DNA of 51,145 nucleotides from an uncultured bacterium (GTDB lineage: Bacteria > Bacteroidota > Ignavibacteria > Kapaibacteriales > UBA2268), in the NCBI GenBank assembly GCA_937875295.1, contig CALLXS010000013.1, positions 1 to 51,145 of the forward strand, in the 5' to 3' direction. Below are positions 9,586-19,583 of the stretch, piece after piece; position 1 is the first letter of the stretch; the number at the start of each line of letters is the position of its first letter. A program made the position numbers and the translations under genes. Below the pieces are notes generated by a model. It had not been told where the DNA came from, did no database searches, and worked only from the letters and a program-made list of their open reading frames with translations.

Positions 9586-10377
9586 ATGAAATTTATCCTC
9601 AATATACTTGCTTTTATTGGGAAGAAAATCATTAATTTCTTTCAGGAATTTGGTCAAATTGTTTTACTTTTGATAAATGTAATTAGATACTTTCCTACTT
9701 TTATTACAAATAAAGGTCTAATAATTAATCAAATGAAAATAATTGGAGCGGATTCGTTGCCTTTGTTATTGCTAATTGGTGCTTTTACCGGTGCAATAGC
9801 ATCTCTTGAAGCCACAGGAATTTTTATAAAATTTAATTTACTATCGCTTGCTGAACCTTTTATAGGGTCCTCTATTGCTACGGCTGTTTTTACAGAGCTT
9901 ACACCTGTTCTCACTGCACTTGTAATTGCTGGTAGGGTAGGAGGCTCAATTGCCGCAGAAATAGGTACAATGAAAGTAACAGAGCAAATTGATGCTCTTG
10001 AGATGATGGCAATTGATAAGGTGCGATATTTAGCAATGCCAAGAGTGCTTGCAGCAATATGTATGATGCCAATATTAGGTGTGTTTTCTAATGTAGTCGC
10101 TATATTTGGAGGATACTTATTAACTTTAGTGCAATTTGATTTTTCAGCATCACAATTTTTTGAATCAGTTCAGAGATTTTTTAAAGTTTCCGAAATTATG
10201 ATTGGACTTACTAAAATGTTGATTTTTGGTGGAGGTACTGCTCTAATTGGTTGTCATATAGGATTTAAAACTAATGGTGGCGCTGAAGGTGTAGGGCAAA
10301 GTACGGTAAGATCATTTACTATTTCGGCAGCATTTATTTTAATTTTAGATGCAATTTTCGGTTATATTGTATATTAA
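9586..10377 (+). CDS. mlaE: MlaE-family ABC transporter permease (lipid asymmetry/ Ttg2B type)
   Basis: FTELTPVLTALVIAGRVGGSIAAEIGTMKVTEQIDALEMMAIDKVRYLAMPRVLA is the hallmark MlaE core. The ATG directly abuts the etfA stop codon. Confidence 0.88.
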   Translation: MKFILNILAFIGKKIINFFQEFGQIVLLLINVIRYFPTFITNKGLIINQMKIIGADSLPLLLLIGAFTGAIASLEATGIFIKFNLLSLAEPFIGSSIATAVFTELTPVLTALVIAGRVGGSIAAEIGTMKVTEQIDALEMMAIDKVRYLAMPRVLAAICMMPILGVFSNVVAIFGGYLLTLVQFDFSASQFFESVQRFFKVSEIMIGLTKMLIFGGGTALIGCHIGFKTNGGAEGVGQSTVRSFTISAAFILILDAIFGYIVY

Positions 10378-10543
10378 GAATTAGAAAATAAATTAATTAA
10401 AATATTTAATAAATGACAAAAAAATATTTTAAATAATTTTTAATAAAAAATATGTTATATTTGTGATTTCTATATAAAAGAGAATTTCAAAAATAATATA
10501 AAAATCAAATTAGTAAATTTAAAATATCATTATCTTTATAGAA

Positions 10544-12199
10544 ATGAGTAAATATAAAATAATATTTTTTTTGGTAATACTAATTTCATTCTCCACTTTT
10601 GAAATTAATGCTCAAGGAGTATATAATAGATTTTTACCTAAAAAAGATCTACAGCCGGGCGATACTGTAAGCGTAATTAAAAATGAATTAGAAGCTCCGG
10701 ATTTTTTATTAGAAAAACCAATTGACCCCGCCAAATATATTCTCGGTCCTGGTGATGTATTACAACTCAACATAATCGCAAGTGTCGATTATGTTTATAA
10801 TATTGTAATTTCTCCAGAAGGGAAAGCTATTGTACCCGGAGTCGCTATTTTTGAGATAAATAATAAAACTCTGAAAGAGACAGAAACATTAATTGTAGAG
10901 CGAACTAAGCAAAAATTTAAAACCGAAAATATTAGCTTAACTTTAAAATCTATTAGAAAATTCAAAGTAATGGTAAGCGGCGAAGTTACAAAACCAATGA
11001 GTGTCCCTGTTACTGCTGCTGATAGAGTGTCAGATGCAATTGCTAAAGCAGGAGGACTAAAGCAAACTTCTTCCTTACGCTATATAACATTACTTAGAGA
11101 TGGAAAAACAATCCCAGTTGATTTACTTAAATATTATCAATATGGAGACGAAGATGCTAATCCTAACCTAACAGGCGGTGATTTTATCAATGGGTCGGCA
11201 AGAAACAATTCAGAATATATTAAAACAGAAGGAGATGTTTTTGCTCCATCATTATATGAATATAAAGCTGGCGATTCTCTATCTACTTTGATTAAATTTT
11301 CTCAAGGCTTTATGCAATCAGCACTTTTAGATTCAGTTGAATTTGCTCGATATAATCAAAGCTCAGATACTTATGATAGACGTTTCTATAATTTAAATAA
11401 TTGGCAAGATTATTTTGATAATTCATCTAATGAAAAATTAATTGACTTCCCATTAGAACCTGGTGACCAACTTTATGTACGCCGCAAAGCAAGTTGGCAA
11501 ACTGATAAATATGTGATTGTAGAGGGAGAGGTAAAATATCCCGGTCATTATGCTATTACTAATAATAAATCTACACTTAAGGAATTAATAAGTCGAGCCG
11601 GAGGAGTAACAGATTTAGCTGCTCTAGAGAATGCAATTCTTATTAGACAATCGGTTTATAAAGAGCAAGATTTAGATATGGTAAGACTTCGCACTTTGCC
11701 ACCATCAGAAATGGGAGAAAATGAAAGAAAATATTTCATTGCTCGTTCGAGTGAAATTCAAGGAAGAATTTCAATTGATTTTAAAAAGCTATTATCAGAA
11801 AATTCTAAAGAAAACGACGTGATACTACGAGACCAAGACTCCCTATATATACCTAAATTAAATAATTATGTCAATGTAGGAGGCAGAGTAAATAATCCGG
11901 GAAGAATATTGCATAACAAAGAATTTACTTACGAAGATTATATTAATCAAGCAGGTGGATATGGCTATAGAGCAGATGAAAGTGCTACTTTAGTAGTAAA
12001 ATCAAAAGGACAACAATACTCTGCTAAAAGTAAAAATTATGTAATAGAACCCGGGGATAATATTTTTGTACTTACGGAAAATGAGCTTACGTTTTTTGAG
12101 GTATTCACTACAACCCTGACAATTATCACACAGATATTTACAATCGTTGCTGTCGTGCTTTCAGTAATAAATATGAATAATAACAAACCAAGTAATTAA
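10544..12199 (+). CDS. Polysaccharide export protein (Wza/BexD-like, Poly_export + SLBB domains), paralogue 2
   Basis: Signal peptide MSKYKIIFFLVILISFSTFEINAQ, then YILGPGDVLQLNI. SLBB-like segments are VMVSGEVTKPMSVPV, VIVEGEVKYPGHYAI and VNVGGRVNNPGRILH. C-terminal TM helix is FTTTLTIITQIFTIVAVVLSVI. Confidence 0.85.
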   Translation: MSKYKIIFFLVILISFSTFEINAQGVYNRFLPKKDLQPGDTVSVIKNELEAPDFLLEKPIDPAKYILGPGDVLQLNIIASVDYVYNIVISPEGKAIVPGVAIFEINNKTLKETETLIVERTKQKFKTENISLTLKSIRKFKVMVSGEVTKPMSVPVTAADRVSDAIAKAGGLKQTSSLRYITLLRDGKTIPVDLLKYYQYGDEDANPNLTGGDFINGSARNNSEYIKTEGDVFAPSLYEYKAGDSLSTLIKFSQGFMQSALLDSVEFARYNQSSDTYDRRFYNLNNWQDYFDNSSNEKLIDFPLEPGDQLYVRRKASWQTDKYVIVEGEVKYPGHYAITNNKSTLKELISRAGGVTDLAALENAILIRQSVYKEQDLDMVRLRTLPPSEMGENERKYFIARSSEIQGRISIDFKKLLSENSKENDVILRDQDSLYIPKLNNYVNVGGRVNNPGRILHNKEFTYEDYINQAGGYGYRADESATLVVKSKGQQYSAKSKNYVIEPGDNIFVLTENELTFFEVFTTTLTIITQIFTIVAVVLSVINMNNNKPSN

Positions 12200-12220
12200 T
12201 TAATTAATTAATTAATTAAT
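12193..12220. repeat. (TAAT)7 microsatellite containing the stop codon of the export gene
   Basis: Seven perfect TAAT units read directly from the sequence. They give TAA stops in all three forward frames. Confidence 0.95.
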
Positions 12221-12246
12221 AATATCAATTTATATTTAAATATAGA

Positions 12247-13449
12247 ATGAACTTAATTAAAGAATTTCAAGAAGAGAAAAGATTAACTTTTACAAATATT
12301 ATTAAGCTCTGGTGGCTAAATAAAAAAATAATTATAATAATACTTATTTTTGCTTTTGTATTCAGCTTAGCTCTTACTTTTATTCTTCCATCGCATTATA
12401 GTGCAGATGCTTCTATTGTTCCACCGGAATCAAATAATTCTGGACAGGGCTTATCGAGCTTTTTACAATCAATGAGTGGAGGTATTTCGATAGGTGGTAT
12501 TGGAGCAGATAATAAATCATTATTGCTTACAGAATATCTACAAAGCAGGGAGCTTGCTAAGTATATTTATGATACTTTGAAATTAAAAGATAATCCAATT
12601 TTTAAAGATGTAATTTTAGTTGATGCTTATGATATGATAATTGAAACTATCACTACGAAAGCTAATCGTAGTGGTTTAGTATTATTAAGGACTGATGTCC
12701 CTACAGGATATTTCCCAAATTCTAAAGATAAGGAAAATGCTGCACAATTATCTGCTGATATAGCAAATAAAGCTATTGAAGGATTAGATTACTTGACCCG
12801 CACAAAAAATGTATCTAAAGCACGCCAAAAACGAATATATATTGAAAAAATACTTGTCGATAAAAAAATTGTTCTTGATTCATTAGATAATCGATTAAAG
12901 CAATTTCAAAAAGACAATAAAGTATTGGCAATTGATGAGCAAGCAATGTCAATTATTGAATCCTCAGCACAATTAGGAAGTGAATTATTAAAGGCAGAGC
13001 ATGAATTAGCACTTAAGAAAATGGATTTGCAACCTAATTCAAATGAAATTAAAGTGTTAGAAGAATCGGTAAAAAAACTAAGAAGCCAATATATTCGTAT
13101 TCAAAATGGAGGAATATTAGGTGGAAGCGATTTTTCTGCTCCGCTTAGTAAAATGCCCGATATGTTCAAAGAATATTCTTCAATAATTCGTGAGAAAAAA
13201 ATATTAGAACAAGTAAATGCTTATCTAGAATCACAAAAATATCAGGAAGCTATTCAAGAGCAAAGTGATATGCCAGCTATAGAAGCATTAGACAAAGCCT
13301 ATGTCCCTCATAAGAGGAAATCACCATCTAGGACTATGGCTGTAATGCTTGGGTCGATTATCGCAATGGCATTTACATTGTCGATTATAGTCTATAAAAA
13401 TGTCTATAAAAATAAATTCATATTAAATTCCTCTAAAACAAATTCTTAA
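12247..13449 (+). CDS. Wzz/GumC-like chain-length determinant (polysaccharide co-polymerase), no kinase domain
   Basis: N-terminal TM followed by PSHYSADASIVP (Wzz-type motif), a long coiled-coil middle, and a C-terminal TM MAVMLGSIIAMAFTLSIIVY. Sits between a Wza-like gene and rfbB. Confidence 0.72.
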   Translation: MNLIKEFQEEKRLTFTNIIKLWWLNKKIIIIILIFAFVFSLALTFILPSHYSADASIVPPESNNSGQGLSSFLQSMSGGISIGGIGADNKSLLLTEYLQSRELAKYIYDTLKLKDNPIFKDVILVDAYDMIIETITTKANRSGLVLLRTDVPTGYFPNSKDKENAAQLSADIANKAIEGLDYLTRTKNVSKARQKRIYIEKILVDKKIVLDSLDNRLKQFQKDNKVLAIDEQAMSIIESSAQLGSELLKAEHELALKKMDLQPNSNEIKVLEESVKKLRSQYIRIQNGGILGGSDFSAPLSKMPDMFKEYSSIIREKKILEQVNAYLESQKYQEAIQEQSDMPAIEALDKAYVPHKRKSPSRTMAVMLGSIIAMAFTLSIIVYKNVYKNKFILNSSKTNS

Positions 13450-13472
13450 TTAAATAATAAAATCGAAATAAA

Positions 13473-14501
13473 ATGAATCATAAGAATATATTAATCACAG
13501 GTGCTGCAGGTTTTATCGGAAGTAATTTTATAGATTATCTAATTTATGACGAGGAAATAAAAGATATTAATCTAATTGTGATTGATAATCTTTCATATTG
13601 TGGTAATTTAAATAATTTATCTTTTGCTGAAAAATTTTCAAATTATAAATTTATCAAAGGTGATATTTGTGATTCCGCTTTGTTAGAGAAAATTATTCAA
13701 GATAATAATATTGATTCAATTATTCATTTTGCAGCAGAATCACACGTAGATCGCTCAATAATGGACTCAACTCCTTTCTTGATAAATAATGTACTTGGTA
13801 CTGTAAAATTATTAGATGTAGCAAAGAAATATAAAATAAGTAAATATTTGCAAGTATCCACAGATGAAGTTTATGGTTCATTAGGAAGTGATGACCATGG
13901 ATTTACAGAAAAAAATAATATTACTCCTAATTCTCCATATTCTGCTTCAAAAGCTGCAGCAGATCATTTTGTTATGTCGTATTATACTACTCATAAATTA
14001 AATGTGTTAATTACTCGCTGCTCTAATAATTATGGACCAAAGCAATTTCCTGAAAAGCTCATACCTCTAATGATTCAAAATGCAATTAATAATAAAGAAT
14101 TACCGGTGTATGGCGATGGAATGAATGTACGAGATTGGATTTATGTAAAAGACCATTGTGCAGCAATTTGGAAAGTATTTAATGAAGGCGAATTTGGAGA
14201 AGTATATAATATCGGTGGCGAATGCGAAAAACCTAATATCGAAATCGTAAAAACAATTTTAAAAAAATTAGGTAAAAGCGAAAAATTAATTAAATACGTT
14301 TCTGATAGACCCGGTCACGACAGAAGGTATGCTATGGACATTAGCAAAATAAAAAATCAATTAAATTGGACACCAAAAATTGACTTCGAAAAAGGAATAG
14401 AAGCTACAATTGATTGGTATTTGAATAACTTAGAATGGATAAATGATATTGTAAGTGGAGAATATTTAGAATACTACAAAAAACAGTATGGAGAAAAATA
14501 A
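13473..14501 (+). CDS. rfbB: dTDP-glucose 4,6-dehydratase
   Basis: ILITGAAGFIGSNF (Rossmann), YSASKAAADH (YxxxK), NNYGPKQFPEKLIP and DGMNVRDWIYVKDHC. Confidence 0.93.
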   Translation: MNHKNILITGAAGFIGSNFIDYLIYDEEIKDINLIVIDNLSYCGNLNNLSFAEKFSNYKFIKGDICDSALLEKIIQDNNIDSIIHFAAESHVDRSIMDSTPFLINNVLGTVKLLDVAKKYKISKYLQVSTDEVYGSLGSDDHGFTEKNNITPNSPYSASKAAADHFVMSYYTTHKLNVLITRCSNNYGPKQFPEKLIPLMIQNAINNKELPVYGDGMNVRDWIYVKDHCAAIWKVFNEGEFGEVYNIGGECEKPNIEIVKTILKKLGKSEKLIKYVSDRPGHDRRYAMDISKIKNQLNWTPKIDFEKGIEATIDWYLNNLEWINDIVSGEYLEYYKKQYGEK

Positions 14502-14738
14502 TTTAAAAAAAATTATTTTTATTTGAAAAAATATTTTTTTTTATTATAAAAATTTCTTAATTTTGAATAGAGGTTTTATGTCAAACTTGCAGTAACTGAC
14601 ATTAAAATAAAGTAGGGGAAAAATACTTTATCTAAACCGAACAAAAGAATAGTTTTATTTTCATCGGTAAATGCAGCAATAATCGATGATTAGGGGTTTA
14701 TAGGAAAATCCAGTAATAGCATAATAGAGGAAATCAAT

Positions 14739-15464
14739 ATGAAAAACAAGTACTTGATACTTATTTTCGTTCTTGTTATTATTAGTGTGGGGACATTAAT
14801 ATGGTTAGCTATTGCCTGGTCAGAAAATCAAGAAATCAAAAAAGTTAATATTTCCGGAAATAAAATTGTAAATGAAGAAGACATTTTAAAAAGTATGTCT
14901 TCATCTGCAATAAATAATCAAAATTTTGAAATTGATATTTCTAAAATTCAAAAACTTCTCAAAAAGAATCCCTATATTCAAGAGACATATATTACCCATA
15001 AAAACCTTAATGAAATAAAAGTCGAAGTAAAGGAGCGTAATCCAATTGCATCTATGGTATTAGAGAATGGCAATTTAGTTTATATAGATTCTTCAATGAA
15101 TCTTTTGCCATATATTCTTTATGACAATATGCCGGATGTACTTCTACTAAATGGAGTATTTCAAAATGGGGAAATTGATAGCCTTGCTATTATTGGTAGT
15201 TTTGCAATATTGAACTTAATAAATAAAGATACTAAACAGTATTTATTACCTCTAATTTCTGAAATTGATTATAATAAAAGCAATAATACATTTAGCATTA
15301 TCACAAGTGGCGAAGGTGCTGAGATAAAATTAGGTGGTATCCACAATTTAGATACTAAAATTAATAAAATGGACGCATTTTATAAATCTAGTTATATTGC
15401 TTCTAATAAATCGATTAAATATATTGACCTAAGGTGGGATAACCAAATTTTGGTAGCAAATTAA
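14739..15464 (+). CDS. ftsQ: Cell division protein FtsQ (POTRA domain)
   Basis: N-terminal TM (YLILIFVLVIISVGTLIWLAIAW), then a POTRA-like IKKVNISGNKIVNEEDILK. Immediately upstream of ftsA-ftsZ. Confidence 0.78.
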   Translation: MKNKYLILIFVLVIISVGTLIWLAIAWSENQEIKKVNISGNKIVNEEDILKSMSSSAINNQNFEIDISKIQKLLKKNPYIQETYITHKNLNEIKVEVKERNPIASMVLENGNLVYIDSSMNLLPYILYDNMPDVLLLNGVFQNGEIDSLAIIGSFAILNLINKDTKQYLLPLISEIDYNKSNNTFSIITSGEGAEIKLGGIHNLDTKINKMDAFYKSSYIASNKSIKYIDLRWDNQILVAN

Positions 15465-15488
15465 AATTAAATTTAAATAATAAAGAAA

Positions 15489-16808
15489 ATGGCACAGCTA
15501 AACGCACATACTAAAGGAACTATTTTTGAGACAAGGCAAGATGTAATTGTAGGGCTTGATATTGGTACTTCTAAAGTTTGCGCATTGGTTGCCACAAAAG
15601 ATAGTACTCCGGATACAATTAAAATTCTTGGAATGGGGATCACCGAAAGTGATGGACTAAATCAAGGTGTAGTTGTTAATATTGAAAAGACTGTAAAATC
15701 TATTCAAAAAGTAATTGAGCAAGCCGAACAACAATCAAGCCATAAGATTACAGATGTAATAGTAGGAATAACAGGGGAAAGCATCGAATTTACTGCTACC
15801 AGAGGAGTAATTGGAGTTCCAAGTCCTACTCATGATATTACTCTTGCTGATGTAAATAGAGTAATTGATGAATGCCGAAATATTAAAATTGATACTGACA
15901 AAAGAATATTACATGTCATACCACAAGATTTTATAATTGATAATCAAGACGGAATCCTCGATCCCGTAGGAATGAATGGCGTAAGATTAGAAGCTAATGC
16001 AATGATTATTACAGGGAAAGATACAAATATTAATAATATTTATAGATGTATCGAAAAGGCTGGACTTAAGGTAAAAAATATTATTTTCGAACCTCTTGCA
16101 AGTAGCTATGCTGTATTAAATAATGATGAAAAGGAAGTTGGTGTTGCTCTTGTGGATATTGGTGGCGGTACTACTGATATAGCAATTTATGAAGAAAATA
16201 GCTTAAGATATACAAGTTCTTTAGGTATTGCCGGAAAGCAAGTAACTGATGATATTCGTAAAGTATTAGGAATAATTGCTACTCAAGCTGAAAGGATAAA
16301 AAAAGAATATGGCAATGCTTTTAGGCCAGCAATTATGCAAGATGAAGTTTTTATGATTCCAGGAATAGCCGGTAGGAAACCACTCGAAGTATATAAAAGC
16401 GATTTATCTGGGATAATTCAGGATACAATGACTGAAATATTTAATTATGCCCTCGATGATATTAGAAATTCTGGCTATTCCGGTAGGTTAGGAGCTGGGA
16501 TTGTACTTACAGGAGGTTGCTCCTTGCTTAAAGGAATTGATGAATTAGCACAAGAAGTCTTTGGAATGCCAGTTAAAAAAGGATTTCCTTCAAGTATTTC
16601 TTATTCCGGTTTAGCTCCAGAAATTGGTAATCCTATCTATTCCACAGCTGTAGGATTAGTTATGTATGGATTGGATGAAGTAACACCAATAGAAAATGAT
16701 TCTTCTAATAGCATAAATTATGATAATAATATTGAAGATGAACCAGAAAATGAAGAAAACAAAGGATCATTCTGGAATAAAATTAAAGATAAATTGTCGC
16801 AATTATAA
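15489..16808 (+). CDS. ftsA: Cell division protein FtsA
   Basis: Actin-fold motifs VGLDIGTSKVCALV, VALVDIGGGTTDIAIY and GIVLTGGCSLLKGI. The C-terminal amphipathic helix GSFWNKIKDKL is a membrane-targeting sequence. Confidence 0.93.
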   Translation: MAQLNAHTKGTIFETRQDVIVGLDIGTSKVCALVATKDSTPDTIKILGMGITESDGLNQGVVVNIEKTVKSIQKVIEQAEQQSSHKITDVIVGITGESIEFTATRGVIGVPSPTHDITLADVNRVIDECRNIKIDTDKRILHVIPQDFIIDNQDGILDPVGMNGVRLEANAMIITGKDTNINNIYRCIEKAGLKVKNIIFEPLASSYAVLNNDEKEVGVALVDIGGGTTDIAIYEENSLRYTSSLGIAGKQVTDDIRKVLGIIATQAERIKKEYGNAFRPAIMQDEVFMIPGIAGRKPLEVYKSDLSGIIQDTMTEIFNYALDDIRNSGYSGRLGAGIVLTGGCSLLKGIDELAQEVFGMPVKKGFPSSISYSGLAPEIGNPIYSTAVGLVMYGLDEVTPIENDSSNSINYDNNIEDEPENEENKGSFWNKIKDKLSQL

Positions 16809-16871
16809 AAAATTATTAAGAACAATATACCAAATAAAAAAATTAAATTATAATATAAATGGAGTTAGTTT

Positions 16872-18194
16872 ATGATAGAATATGTAGGTGATATGCTTTC
16901 TAATCCTGCTGGTGCCGTTATAAGGGCAATTGGTATCGGAGGAGGTGGATGCAATGCTATCGATAATATTAAAAAAGAAGGCGTTACTAGCGTTGACTTT
17001 ATTGCTGCAAATAGTGATGTGCAAGCATTAAATAAAAATATTGCAGAAATTAAAATTCAAGTCGGTAAAAATACTGCAAAAGGACTCGGTGTCGGCGGAA
17101 ATCCTGAAATTGGCAAAAAGTGCATCGAAGAAAGTGCTGAAGATATTAAAAAACATTTAATTGATAGCGATATGGTTTTCATCTCTGCTGGTATGGGTGG
17201 AGGCACTGGTACTGGTGGAGCACCTCAAGTAGCACGTATAGCTAAAGAATTAGAAGCATTAGTAGTAGCAGTAGTAACTACTCCATTTAAATATGAAGGT
17301 ACTCAAAAGGGCGATTATGCTGTAAAAGGAATAGAAGAACTTAAGAAAAATGTTGATTCTGTAATTGTAGTATCTAATCAAAAATTATTAGAAGAATTAG
17401 ATAAATCTACACCTGTTACACAAGCATTTAAAAAAGTAGATGAAGTACTAATAAATGCTTCTAAAGGTATTGTAGATATTATTCAAAATCCAGGATTATT
17501 AAATATTGATTTTGCTGATATAAGAAGTATATTAAAAGATAGTGGTGATGCAATTATTGGTATCGGAAGTGCTAAAGGGGAAAATCGTGCTACAATTGCT
17601 ACTGAAAATGCTTTAAATTCTCCATTATTAGACGGAGTGAGCATAAAGGGTGCTAAGGGTATTTTAATCAATATCACAGCTGACGATACCTTTAGTATGG
17701 AAGAAATGGAAACAGTTACAAATATTGTTAATACTGCTTCTGGGGCAAATCCTTATGTAAAATCAGGTATTGTAATTAATTCTGATGCTACTGATGATTT
17801 TAAAGTTACAGTTCTAGCTACAAAATTTGAAAAATCTGTTGAAAATTCTAATAATTTAACAAATCAAGAACAAATTAAAAATAATTCTAAACAAGTTGAT
17901 GCTCCTTTACAAGCAGAAAATAAAAATAGATTTAATAGATCATATAATCGATCTGGATTGAACCAAACTTCTTCATATAATAGGTTAAATAATGATAGTA
18001 ATAATAATCAAAGAAGGATAGACGATTTGAATCAAGAACCACAAGCTAATAGAAGATTAAATCGAGATATTAAAAATTCTGCTCTAAAAAGTGGAACTTA
18101 TGATTCTGAAAACTCTATTTTTGACGATATTCTAGAAGAAGCTCCAAGACAAGTACAGGAGAGACCTGTATTTTTAAGAAGAATAATGGACTAA
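16872..18194 (+). CDS. ftsZ: Cell division GTPase FtsZ
   Basis: Tubulin signature [12 protein letters not shown] and [12 protein letters not shown] long N/Q/R-rich linker precedes the conserved C-terminal peptide [15 protein letters not shown] lies 7 nt upstream of the ATG. Confidence 0.97.
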   Translation: MIEYVGDMLSNPAGAVIRAIGIGGGGCNAIDNIKKEGVTSVDFIAANSDVQALNKNIAEIKIQVGKNTAKGLGVGGNPEIGKKCIEESAEDIKKHLIDSDMVFISAGMGGGTGTGGAPQVARIAKELEALVVAVVTTPFKYEGTQKGDYAVKGIEELKKNVDSVIVVSNQKLLEELDKSTPVTQAFKKVDEVLINASKGIVDIIQNPGLLNIDFADIRSILKDSGDAIIGIGSAKGENRATIATENALNSPLLDGVSIKGAKGILINITADDTFSMEEMETVTNIVNTASGANPYVKSGIVINSDATDDFKVTVLATKFEKSVENSNNLTNQEQIKNNSKQVDAPLQAENKNRFNRSYNRSGLNQTSSYNRLNNDSNNNQRRIDDLNQEPQANRRLNRDIKNSALKSGTYDSENSIFDDILEEAPRQVQERPVFLRRIMD

Positions 18195-18341
18195 TTTCAT
18201 AAGAAATAAAGGAAAAAAATATATTATAATTTGAATTACTAATTAAATATTATGCGTAGTTTTTATGCTTTAGATTAAATTTTACTAATTATTACATCGC
18301 ATAATTTCAAAGGCTCCAAGCAATTATATTATATATAACAC

Positions 18342-18376
18342 AAAGCCCCTCAAATGAAACAATGAGGGGCTTTTCT
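18342..18376. terminator. Bidirectional rho-independent terminator between ftsZ and the convergent lipoprotein gene
   Basis: An 11-bp perfect stem aaagcccctca (18342-18352) / tgaggggcttt (18363-18373) with a 10-nt loop. T-rich tails follow on both strands. It is a GC-rich island in AT-rich spacer. Confidence 0.85.
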
Positions 18377-18401
18377 ATTGTAAAATTATTATTTTATAAT
18401 T

Positions 18402-19424
18402 TTAATTAAATTTTAAGCTACCAAGCATTTTAGTAAATGCTGGTCTATATGATGCAGCTTCTGGTTTGTAATAAGTAGCAAAAACTTTATATAATTTATC
18501 GCCAATTACCACAAAATATAGTTTTGAATCAAGATCTTTTTTAGCAATATTGATTAATCCAGCAGGTTTGCCACCTAATGTAGTTTTTGAAGCTTTGCCT
18601 AATTTTTCATTTTGCTTTAAAATATCATCTAGAGAATTTTTCTTTGAATCTTCAGAAGTAATAGAAATAGCACAATCAGCACGTCTATCGCCACTAATTG
18701 AATATTTTGCTCCACTACCACTTAATGTGAAGTTATCAGGGATAGAAATAGAGAAACCATTACCGCTTACATTTTTAAATGTTGTAGATGGTGGATCTGC
18801 TTCTTTTAAAATTGTTTTCTTTGTATTATCTGGTTTTACTCCTACTTTCACACTTTTTAATATTTCTTGAAATTTAGGTTTTAAAGTCTCATATTGATCT
18901 CCAATTACTTCAGTAGTGATTACAGTTACTAATTGAGAATCTTTAGTAACGATATACATATCGCCAGCAAGGTTAGACACTTTATATGGGAAAGAATATG
19001 ATAATTTCACAGCAGGAAGTCCATCTATAGTAACATTTTCTGGAGTTTTATAAGTCTCGGGACTATAAACTTTTTGGTTTTCAATAAATGCTTCCATAGT
19101 AACTGTATCTTGTTTTTTTATAGTAACAAAATCAATTTTAGCGCCTGGAATGTCTTCTTCATTAAGTACTCTACCCATATTCAAGAATTCAGTTCTTGCT
19201 TCAGAAGATGAATAAGTAATAAATCTTGAGCCAGCTTCACTTGCTTTTACCCATCCTTTAGGGTAAGTAAGTTCCATTTGAGTAACAGGATCTTGATATT
19301 TATCAAATTCTGTAATTTCAGGGGCTTTTACTTTGTTGTCTTCACCACAGCTAACTAGAATAATTGCAGAAAATGCAATTAAAAATAACTGTACTAATTG
19401 TCTTTTCATTTTGTTAATCTCCAA
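18402..19424 (-). CDS. Lipoprotein of unknown function, apparently two tandem PsbP/DcrB-like halves
   Basis: Lipobox ILVSC after a signal peptide. Both halves share a similar pattern: YPKGW...KFQEILKSVKV in the first and FSISIPDNF...FTKMLGSLKF in the second. Confidence 0.55.
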   Translation of the reverse strand: MEINKMKRQLVQLFLIAFSAIILVSCGEDNKVKAPEITEFDKYQDPVTQMELTYPKGWVKASEAGSRFITYSSSEARTEFLNMGRVLNEEDIPGAKIDFVTIKKQDTVTMEAFIENQKVYSPETYKTPENVTIDGLPAVKLSYSFPYKVSNLAGDMYIVTKDSQLVTVITTEVIGDQYETLKPKFQEILKSVKVGVKPDNTKKTILKEADPPSTTFKNVSGNGFSISIPDNFTLSGSGAKYSISGDRRADCAISITSEDSKKNSLDDILKQNEKLGKASKTTLGGKPAGLINIAKKDLDSKLYFVVIGDKLYKVFATYYKPEAASYRPAFTKMLGSLKFN

Positions 19425-19583
19425 ATGATTGAAAAATTATTTATTAAATTATTAGAAAGTCAATGTTTGATGTAATTGATTTTTTTTAAAAATCAGAAAA
19501 TAAAAAATTCTTTAAATAAATGTAAACTTAATTTTATTTAAATTATTGTGTAATCATTAAAAAGCAAAAAATAAAATTGATTT

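Noticed and set aside
14560-14738. Possible small RNA or remnant gene between rfbB and ftsQ
   Set aside because: There are only two 6-bp hairpins and micro-ORFs of 3-5 codons. I see no conserved RNA-family core and no protein-like translation in any frame.
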